Source: the human T2T-CHM13v2.0 reference genome, Homo sapiens. Taken from it: a stretch of DNA of 64,000 nucleotides. Below, piece after piece: positions 54,961-64,000 of this stretch (position 1 is its first letter; each line of letters begins with the position of its first letter). The notes beneath the pieces were generated by a model. The model was not told where the DNA came from, searched no databases, and saw only the letters and a program-made list of their open reading frames with translations. Location: the NCBI RefSeq assembly GCF_009914755.1, contig NC_060944.1; one strand, given 5' to 3'. The translations under genes were made by a program, and so were the position numbers.

Positions 54961-55189
54961 GACATTAATTGAGGTCTCTAATTTGGGACCTGGATATAGA
55001 GGTGGAAAGAGAGAAAAAGAGAATAAAAAACAGAGGTGCAGGAAAAAGACCTGGGGAGGGACCAAACCCGAGATGAATCCAGGTTCTGTCGACCGTTACT
55101 CTCTTCTCCAGCCTCTACCACAGTTTTCACATGACCCTAAAGGGTAATTTGCTAAGTATAATGGCCTCGTCCCCACTACATTGGATCAG

Positions 55190-55730
55190 AGTCCTCAATC
55201 TTAACTGCACATTACAATCATCCAGGGAGTTTTCGATTCTATTCTGCCCAAAACCAAATTAAAGGACATTCTACAAAATCAACGACCAGTACTCTTACAA
55301 GGTGTCAAAGTCATGAAAGACAAAGATTGCAGAACTGTCCCAGATTAAAGGAGGAGAACAAGACAGGACAACTAAATGCAATGTGAGATGCTGGCAAAAA
55401 GCATGAGTGCAGCAATTGGCAAAATCTGAATAAGCTCTGTGGAACACGTCACTACATGCAATGTGGTTTTTTATTTTGATTATAGAACTGTGGCTATGCA
55501 CATTATGAACACATGGGAAAGCTGGGTGAAGGATGCATAGTAATTCTTTGTACTCCTTTGTATCTTTTCTGAAAGTCTAAATTATTTCACAATAAAATGT
55601 GAAAAAAATACCACTGCTCAGGCCACACTCCAGACCCAATACATCAAGAGATTGAGGTCTGAGGTACAGGCACTTTTAAAAAGCTCTCTAGATGATTCTG
55701 AAGTACAACCATGTTTGAAAATCACCACCT
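55190..55730. mobile_element. MER5B split by an L1MC4/5-type 3' fragment (~55248-55610, + strand)
   Basis: MER5B halves flank ggacattctacaaaat...tctaaattatttcacaataaaa. Confidence 0.65.
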
Positions 55731-56619
55731 TAAAGTTTTAAAGCTTTCAGGGGGCTTTGCCTGAAAGTTTTCTTCTGCCCAGGGCAAAATGTCCGTGGGG
55801 CACACCAAGGCCCTCTCTTCTGTTGCTGTGTCAGCTCCTCCCAGTTTGCCTCCCTAGGCCCAAAAGGAACCTCTTGTAGGTAGCATCAGATATGAGGCCA
55901 GAAGGAGGGGGAATGTAATCATGCAGTCACAAGAGATGCATCCTTTGAGACTCTAGCGGAATCTGAGTCTTCCTCCTGGAGGAGATCTGCACTAAGCTAG
56001 CTAGCTATAGTTCCCAAGTCCTTCTCTGCCTCTTTGGGAAACGGAGAGAGATCAGAGGGTCTCTTAAAATCACCTCCAGCCTTGGACCAGTGTTCACCTC
56101 CACTGTCGGCTTTGGGATGTTTCTTTTTCCAACAATTTTATCTTATTGCTACAGAGTAGGATGCTCCCTTCCCTGTAGAAATTGGGAAATGCTAAATACC
56201 TATGTCTCCCAGGAAATACAGCTGTAAGAAAATGTTTTGATTAACAAGGAGGCAGCAAAAGGCTGACCATGCACTGGAGGATGCAGGAGGAAAAACAAAA
56301 GAGAGGTAGAAATGTGCCCAGAAAAGCAAAGGGAAAAATCAGGGAAGGTTAAGCAACAGAAAAAGATCTCTGGATTCCGATTCAATTTTAGTGGTTGCAA
56401 AAACAAGGCTCTTGGCTATTTGCATATAAATGTGCTGGGGGCAGGGGAGCCACAGTACTCAGCTGTGCATTCTAACTTTCTCCTTAAAAATCTGTTCCCA
56501 AAGCAGCTGCAGAAATCAGCTGCAAATTCCAAATCTAAAAATGAAAGTCACATGGTTGAACCTGGGAGGAGGAGAGGAGAGGAGGGAGGAAGGGCACCAC
56601 ATGATGCTCCAATTAACCC

Positions 56620-57135
56620 ATTGGGGCCTGGAGCCCATATGCATTGCCTGGGAGCTTTAAACACCCAGATAATTAAGCTGCACCCTAGAGCAATTAAATC
56701 AGAATCTCTGGGGGTTGGGTCCAGGCATCAGCGTGTCTGGAAATTTCCCAGGCAATTTGAATCAACAACCTTAATTGACTCTAGAGCAGGGGTCAGTCTG
56801 CAAACTGTTTCTGCAAAAAGCCAGGTAAGTAAATATGTTAGGCTTTGTGGGCTTTTCAGCCTCTGTTGCAACCACTCAACTCTGCCATTGTTCAGCCATA
56901 GATAACACTAGTGGATGTGGCTTAGGCAATGCATGTATTTACAAAAATAGTTTGCAGCCCCTACGCTAGGCCCTTGTTATCCAAAGTGTGGTCCTTGGAC
57001 TGGCAGCAACAACATTTCATGGGAGCTTGTTAGAAATAACTAAGCTCCAAACCCACCCCAGAACTCTCCTGAGTCAGTCTGTTTTTAACAAGGTGCCAAG
57101 ATGACCACAGCACATTGAGGTCAGAGAAGCAGCCA
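56620..57135. mobile_element. Abutting hAT elements: MER5B, MER58A (56787-56963), MER5A
   Basis: aatcagaatctctgggggttggg; caggggtc..caaact..gccaggtaagtaaatatgttaggctttgtgggc; caaagtgtggtcc..gggagcttgttagaaat. Confidence 0.75.
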
Positions 57136-58544
57136 TAAGGTGAGTGACACTGAGAGGTGACCAGCTGTGGGAACCCCAGAGAGCTTGGCTGTCTTGGAGC
57201 ACCAATTCCTTTGTCTATAAAACTATCCTTAGTACTCCGGGTGGTCCATGTATTTAAGGGGTATTTTACCTGTATAAGGACTTTGAAAGGTACAAAGTAC
57301 TGCAGGAATGTGAATTGTTGATAATGGCAGCAAAGGCCCTGGCTTCTCACCAGTGAGGGAACTGTCCCTTAAGCAGGTGCTCCGTCATCACTCAGGACAA
57401 GGCTGGGAAGGCCTGGCCAGCACAGGCTCTCATCTCAGAGGCCAAGACACTTAAAGGCCAGTCTCTGCCAAGCCCACCATTCACAACCTCACAACTGCAG
57501 AGCCCAGGGGCAATGATTGTGAGTTTAAAGAACTCAGCCTTGGAAAAGGCTGGTGAGGCTGAATGCCACCAACCTGATTTAGTCACTCTAACATGTGGCT
57601 TCTATCCCCACCCCATGCAGGGAGGTGGCCTGCTAGCTATCGCATCCCAGTGCATGGCACAGGATCAGAGCTCAAAAATTATTACTGAGTAAATAGACAC
57701 AGAGGATCAGATGCTGAATGTTTGGTGGCATCAGTCTTTAGGTCCGGAGTATCTGTAATTGACTAGTGACCTTCATATATCAGCATGCAGAAGGGGCCGG
57801 AGGTTTTTATTTGTTCCAAATGAAGTGTCTCTAGTTCCTTTGTTGTACAAAACTCTGACAAATGACAACAGAAGCTCTTTTCTTTTTTTTAATCTGTTGC
57901 TAGGGGCAGATGGCCTGAGGGTCTGTGTCCTGGCCCATAAGGGTTAATGGGACTTCCAAAGGCGCTTCAAGTACATTGTGTTTTCCTGAAAGCCTGGGCT
58001 GAGGCATTGAGAAGGAAGGTAATGAACTGAGGAGCTCTCTCCAAGTGCCCGTCTGCAGGTCAGCTGGGACTAGCCTGTTGTCAGAGGATGTTTGCCATGT
58101 CCTAGAAAAATGCTCTCCCTGCAAAGTCCTGCCAGTGATTAGAGCATGAAGGAAGTGTGTACACACCGCTTCATAAACCCTTGCACCTGCCTCTGAGGTG
58201 TCTCTGTGGAATGCAGTTTTGACACATCTTGTGTAGTGGACTTGGAGAGAAGGCACGAGGGGACATTACAAAGCACTTGAGGTCTGGGATGATGCCCTGG
58301 ACCCTGGACATCCGCAGCCAGAGGAGCTAATGTGGTATAGAGAACTATTCCTCAAATCTATTGTGCAGATGCATCACCTGGGAATCCTATTAGACTCCAG
58401 TCCCCGAGGCTGGGCTGAGAGTCTGCATCGCTAATAAGCACCAGGTGCTGCTGCTCTGTGGCTCACCCTTGGAGTAGCCCAGGCATAGACTTGTCATTAC
58501 AATATCTGGACTAGTTCTCTTCCTCAGACTTCCCCCAAAACATA

Positions 58545-59060
58545 GGGTGTAGCAGGTGTATCTTCCAAAGATATCTCTGTCCTCACAATGTGACTTTGAC
58601 TCTCCTCCCATTGCAAGGTAGGGCCTGCATGCCCTCTTTTTAAATTAGGCTGGGCTTCCAATACCAAGAAGTAATACTGTGACTTCTAAGGGTAAGTCAT
58701 AAAACGTGAGGCAGTTTCCTCATGGTTCTCTTGGGACCCAGCCACCATATTGGGAGGAAGCCCAAGCATCATCCGTGGAGAGGCCATGGGGGCCATTTGC
58801 CCCTTGGCCCTGCAGAGCTCTCAGCTGACAGCCAGCGTCAACCTACCAGCCACATAAGTGAGCTGTATGTCTAAAAACTCCCCAGATCCATCTTGGAAGG
58901 GGATTCTCTGTCTCCCATCAGGTTGCACCAACTGAAAGTATATGGAGTAGCAATGTACCCACTGATCCCTGCCCAAATGGCAGGTTTATGAGCAAAAGAA
59001 ATGATCCTTATTCCTTTTAACCTCAAAGTTTGGGGGTATTTTTAAATGCAACCATAGTGT
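58545..59060 (+). mobile_element. MLT1G/H-type LTR
   Basis: caatgtgactttgac...gccaccatattgggaggaagcccaagc...ccctgcccaaatggcagg. Confidence 0.7.
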
Positions 59061-59870
59061 TTAAAACATAGCTTTAACTACTCCCTGGGTCTTCTTTTCA
59101 CTCTGTATTTTCTTTTTGTACAATCTGACCACTCCCACTATTTAAATTATTATCTGCTTGGACCCCCCACCCCGTCAAGCTACAGAGCTGTATATCTAAT
59201 TGCCCACCAGATATTCCCAATATACACAAATCTTTCTCACCTCCTCCATCCTCTTCCCCCCTCCACTCCCAAACACCTTCCTCCAAGTTTATTTGGTGCT
59301 GCCATCAATTTGGTTAATTAAGCCAACATTTCCTGACCCCAACTCCATCAGGTTGGTATTGCCATCAGATTGACACTCTGGTTTCTGTTCATCGCATTGC
59401 CTTCTCATGGATGTTCACTACCTGGGCTTATACACTCACTGTCTCCATCCTGAGATGTTCCAATTATTCCTGGGTGCATCTATCATTTCTTAGACACACA
59501 GTCACTATCCTCCAGGCTATTACCTCAGTGACCTTAGCTCTCCCATTCACTGACTCCCTGTTGTTTTGAGAATGAAGTCTAAGAATTGCATGGAATACCT
59601 CTCCTTCGTGGCTTGGTTCTAGCCTATTGATCATATCTAGTGCCCAGCAGTAACTGCCTTGCTCTGAGTTGATGCCTTCGCAGTCTCAAGCTTCATAGTC
59701 CCCTAGATGCACCCTGCCCATTCATCTGTGTATATCTTTGTACATATTTTCTCTGGCTAAAATTGTGCTTCTCATGAGTCCTCCCCATTTGACTTGTCCT
59801 TCTAAACCCAACTCAGACACCACCTTGACCATGAAGCCCTTTCTAACCCTGGGTCCTCTCTCTCGTTATG

Positions 59871-60102
59871 TCTGTACACAGTTCTGTTGTTTGCCCATAT
59901 TTTACTGCAGCTCGTCTATTTACTTGACTCTCTTTGCTTCTAGACTAGTGCTTCTCAGACCAATAGTATCAGCATTATCTTGGAAATCTGTACACCGTTC
60001 TGCTGTTTGCCCCCATTTTACTGCAGCTCACCTATTTACTTGCCTCTCTTTGCTTCTAGACTAGTGCTTCTCAGACCAACATCATCAACATCATCTGGGA
60101 AA
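59871..60102. repeat. 116-bp tandem duplication
   Basis: Copies at 59871-59986 and 59987-60102. Confidence 0.9.
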
Positions 60103-60565
60103 TTTTTAGAAAAGCAAACTCCCAGGCCCTGCCTCAGACCTACTGAATCAGATGTTCTGGGGTTGGGGCCCAATAACATGTGTTTTGACAAGCTCTCCAG
60201 GAAAGTCTGGTGCACACTGAGATATCAGAACCACTATCCTGGATCAGTTGGATGGAAATTAGAATCACCTGGCAAGTTTTCAAAAATCCCACTCCAACTA
60301 AGCTGGAGTTGCTGGGTTTGGGACCCAGGTCTCAGTATTTTTAAAGCTCCCAGTAAATTCCAATGTGTAATCACGGTTGAGAACCTTGCTGTTAGATCGT
60401 TTCTTCTGAAAGTGTAATCTCCAGACCAGCAGCTTAAATAAGCATCAGCTGAGAACTTGTTAGACCCACAGACTTGCAGATTCCATCCCAGCCATACTGA
60501 ATTAGAACCTGCGCTTTAACAAGATTCCCAGGTGATTTGACTGCCTGTTGACATTTGAGAAGCAT
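60062..60565. mobile_element. MER5A-MER5B-MER5A array
   Basis: Three consecutive ~170-bp MER5 units (cagacctactgaatcaga, tagaatcacctgg, gaacttgttaga). Confidence 0.7.
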
Positions 60566-61099
60566 AGTCTTGTACACCTCTGTATACCAGCCCCTAGCAA
60601 AGAGCTTGGAACATAACAGCCGCTTGATAAATTCTAGAGAAATTTTAATAACAATGTCTATTCTGATTCTCATGGTCTTGAAGAATAAGATGGAAACTTA
60701 TGGTAACGTGCTTTGTAAACAGCTTTATAAATATGAGGTACTAATATTAACTGATATATGAATTCATTATGTCACTCATTCCAAATATTCAATGAATGCC
60801 TAATATTTGACAAGTATGGTTTTAGACACAGAAGATATTGTAGTAAACAGGAAAGGTCAAGACTTCAAAGTCTAGTGGGAAAGACAGATGTTAAACACTT
60901 AATTACATCACTAGTTAAAAATATACTTTTGATGAATGCCACAAAAGGGAAGTAAGCCATGTTGTGAGCACACATTGCAACCACCTCCCTGTGTCTCAGT
61001 TGAGGAGTTTTACTTCTCTGAGCTCCCTACAAGGTGCAGTGGGAATATACCAGGGAAAATCAATGATTCAAGTCAAGAGACTTAGAAAGATTTGGATAT

Positions 61100-61410
61100 A
61101 AGACTTTGACCAAGTAAGGTTTCTTTCAAAGCAGAGTCTGAGACAAGGATGTGGGTACAGATAGCTTATGTGTGAGGAGATCTCATGAAACAGAAATGGG
61201 TGAAAGGAAAAAATGGAACCCAATAAAGGGAACATTAGTGAGAGGCTGGGGGTCAATACTATTGGGGACCCTTGGGGAAACTGGGTAAGACATACTTCAT
61301 ACTTCAGAGTCATCCCATGTGATGTCCAGGAAGTAGAAGCGCATTTATCCAATGACTTCAATTCCTCATTGATTGAGGGTTCCCAGGGGACATGAACTCT
61401 CCTAAACATC
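61100..61410 (-). mobile_element. LTR33-like ERVL LTR
   Basis: aagcagagtctgagacaaggat...cctcattgattgaggg. Confidence 0.6.
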
Positions 61411-61458
61411 CAAATTATATTTCTGAGTAGCTGAGCTACCTCACTGAAATGTGGTTCT

Positions 61459-63442
61459 TTTTTAAAAAAGTAATTTCAACTTTTATTTTAGGTAGGGGGT
61501 ACATATGCTTGTTTGTTACCTGGGTATATTGTGTGTTGCTGAGGTTTGTGATATGATTGAACCCTTCACCCAGGTACTGAGCATAGCACACAATAGTTAG
61601 TTTTCTAACCCTTGCCCTCCCCACCTCTTCCTGCTCTTGTAGTCCCCAGTATCTATTGTTGCCATCTTTATGTCCATGAATCCCAGTGTTTAGCCCCCAC
61701 TTATAAGTGAAAACATGTTATATTTTGTTTTCTGTTCCTGCATTAATTTGCGTAGGATAATGGCCTCCAGATGCATCCATGTTGCTGCAAAGGACAGGAT
61801 TTCATTCTTTTTAATGGCTGCATAGTATTCCATGGTATATATGTACCACATTTTCATTATCTAATCCACTGTTGCTGGTGTCTTTTTGGGAGAATGATTT
61901 ATTTTATTTTGGATATATATCTAGTAATGGGATTGCTGGGTAGAATACTAATTCTGTCTTAAACTCTTTGAGAAATCTCCAAACTGCTTTCCACAGTGTC
62001 TGAACTAACTTACCTTCTGCCAACAGTGTATAAACATTCCCTTTTCTCTGCAGCTTCACCAGCATCTGTTGTTTTCTGACTTTTTAATAGCCATTCTGAC
62101 TGGTGTGAGATGGTATCTCACTATGGTTTTGACTTGCATTTCTCTAATGATTAGTGATGTTGGGTTTTTTTTTCATATGCTTATGGACACTTATTTGTTT
62201 TATTTTGAGAAGTGTTCATTCATGTAATTTTTAATGGGGTTATTTGTTTTTCACCTGCTCAATTCCCTATAGATACTGCATATTAGACCTTTGTGAGATG
62301 CACAGTTGGTGAATATTTTCTCTCATTCTGTAGGTTGTCTGTTTACTCTGTTGATAGTTTCTTTTGCCATGCAGAAGCTCTTTATCTTAATTAGGTCCCA
62401 CTTGTCAGTTTTTGTTTTTGTTGCAGTTGGTTTTGGGGACTTAGTCATAAATTCTTTCCCAAGGCTGATGTTCAGAATGGTGTTTCCCAGGTTTTCTACT
62501 AGTATTCCTATAGTTTAAGGTCTTAAATTTAAATCTTTATTCCATCTTGAGTTAATTTTTGTATGTGGCAAAAGGTAGGTGTGCAGTTTTATTCTTCTGC
62601 ATGTGGCTAGCCAGTTGTCCCGACACCATTTATTGAATATCTCCATTGGTTATTATCATTTTCATTGACTTTGTTAAAGATCAGATGGCTGTAAGTGTGC
62701 AGCTTTATTTCTGGGTTCTCTATTCTGTTCCACTGGTCTATGTGTCTGTTTTTGTACCAGTACCATGCTATTTTGGTTACTGTAGCCTTGTGGTATAGTT
62801 TGAAGTCAGATAATGTGATGCCTCTGGCTTTGTTCTTTTTGCTTAGGATTGCATTGGCTATTCAGGCTCTTTCTTGGTTCCACATGAATGTTAGAAAGTT
62901 CTTTATAGTTCTGTGAAAAATGACATCGGTAGTTTGATGGGAATAGCATTAAATCTGTAGATTGCTTTGGGCAGTGTGCTCATTTTAATTCTATTGATTC
63001 TTCCAATCCATGAGCATGGAATACTTTTCCATTTGTTTGTGTTAACTATAATTTCTTTTAGCAGGGTTTTGTGGTTCTTCTTGTAGAGATCTTTCACCTC
63101 CTTGGTTAGATATATTCCTAGGTGTGTATGTATGTATGTATGTATATATGTATGTATGTATGTATGTATAGGCAGCTATTGTAAATAGAGTTGTGTTCTT
63201 GATTTGGCTCTCAGCTTGAATATTATTGGTATATAGAAATGCTACTGACTTTTGTACATTGATTTTGTATCCTGAAATTTTACTGAAGTCGTTTATTAGT
63301 TCCAGGAGACTTCTGGTGGAGTCTTTAGGGTTTTCTAGGTATAGAATCATATAGACTGCGAAGAGAGATCATTTGGCTTCTTTTTTTTCCTATTTGGATG
63401 CCCTTTCTTTCTCTTACTTGATTGCTCTGGCTAAGACTTTCA
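61459..63442 (-). mobile_element. 5'-truncated L1 (L1PB4/L1PA16-17-like, ~2 kb) with decayed ORF2 fragments
   Basis: ORFs 63042..63350 ([10 protein letters not shown]...[14 protein letters not shown]) and 62903..63097 ([14 protein letters not shown]...[14 protein letters not shown]) are L1 ORF2; TSD gaaa(t/a)gtggttct; internal (TATG)n at ~63125-63170. Confidence 0.92.
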
Positions 63443-63446
63443 GAAA

Positions 63447-63638
63447 AGTGGTTCTCAAACTGTGATTGCCAGACCACCACCAGCAGCCACAGCATCCCCT
63501 GGGAACTTGTTAGAAATGCAGTCTTGGGTTTCATCTAAGACCTACTGATTCAGAATACCTGAGGGTGGAGCCCAGCAATCTGTATTTTTAAAAGCTTTCC
63601 ATTGAATTCTGATGTCCACTGAATTTTGAGAATCATTT
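63447..63638. mobile_element. MER5A
   Basis: agtggttctcaaactgtg...cagcatcccctgggaacttgttagaaatgca...ttgagaatcat. Confidence 0.8.
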
Positions 63639-64000
63639 CAACTTAAGTTTTCAAACTCTTAGAAAGGCCTTAGGCATAAAAGAAGAGTTACCAGGAATTG
63701 AAGTGTTTAGCTGAGACTGTCCTGAGAGGGGCAACTTCAGGTGAACTCAGATGGGTCATGGGGCTATGGGCTAGAGTAGCAACCACATCCACCACAGTCT
63801 GCCTGATTTAACCTCATGTAATCTAGGTTTGTCCATTCACCCACGCAAGTATTTATTCAGCCTTTACACTTTGTCAGGTACCATACTTAGTGTTCACAGC
63901 CTATTAAGAATGAGACAGAGATGTCCCTTCCCTCATGAATTTGTAGTCTAATGGAGAAGACAGTTGTATGTGATCTGGTCTGAGAGGTCAGGACAGGTTC

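Noticed and set aside
56312-56905. 197-aa ORF
   Set aside because: Runs through MER5B/MER58A repeats; no homology recognised.
62306-63534. Reverse-transcriptase-like ORFs
   Set aside because: Frameshifted fragments of a truncated L1 ORF2, not a gene or retron-like system.

Overview
Human (or near-identical great-ape) genomic DNA: the 3' end of MACROD2 (mono-ADP-ribose glycohydrolase, chr20p12) on the + strand. Bases 1-32648 are the distal part of a long intron. Three phase-1 coding exons follow (32649-32726, 36019-36087, 41277-41323), encoding the acidic C-terminal tail ...APGEDTPRMPGKSEGSSDLENTPGPD|VEMNSQVDKVNDPTESQQEDQLI|AGAQDEAKEQRNGTK*. A ~3.3 kb repeat-free 3' UTR ends near AATAAA at 44614, and about 19 kb of repeat-rich intergenic DNA follows. 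The rest is ordinary primate repeat content: 10 Alus, several L1/L2/MIR fragments, MaLR/ERV LTRs and many MER5-type hAT elements. Nearly all ORFs in the supplied track are spurious. I see no evidence for a wholly new biological system. The best leads are: (1) C-terminal splicing options for MACROD2 (a symmetric 69-nt exon carrying two SQ motifs, an internal donor that would switch to a 58-aa basic tail, and a NAGNAG acceptor); (2) an L1PB insertion with both a twin-priming inversion and a short 3' transduction; (3) a 148-bp templated insertion ending in a fold-back hairpin; (4) several local duplications. Gene identity and repeat subfamily names come from recalled sequences, not from database searches, and boundaries of old repeats are approximate.
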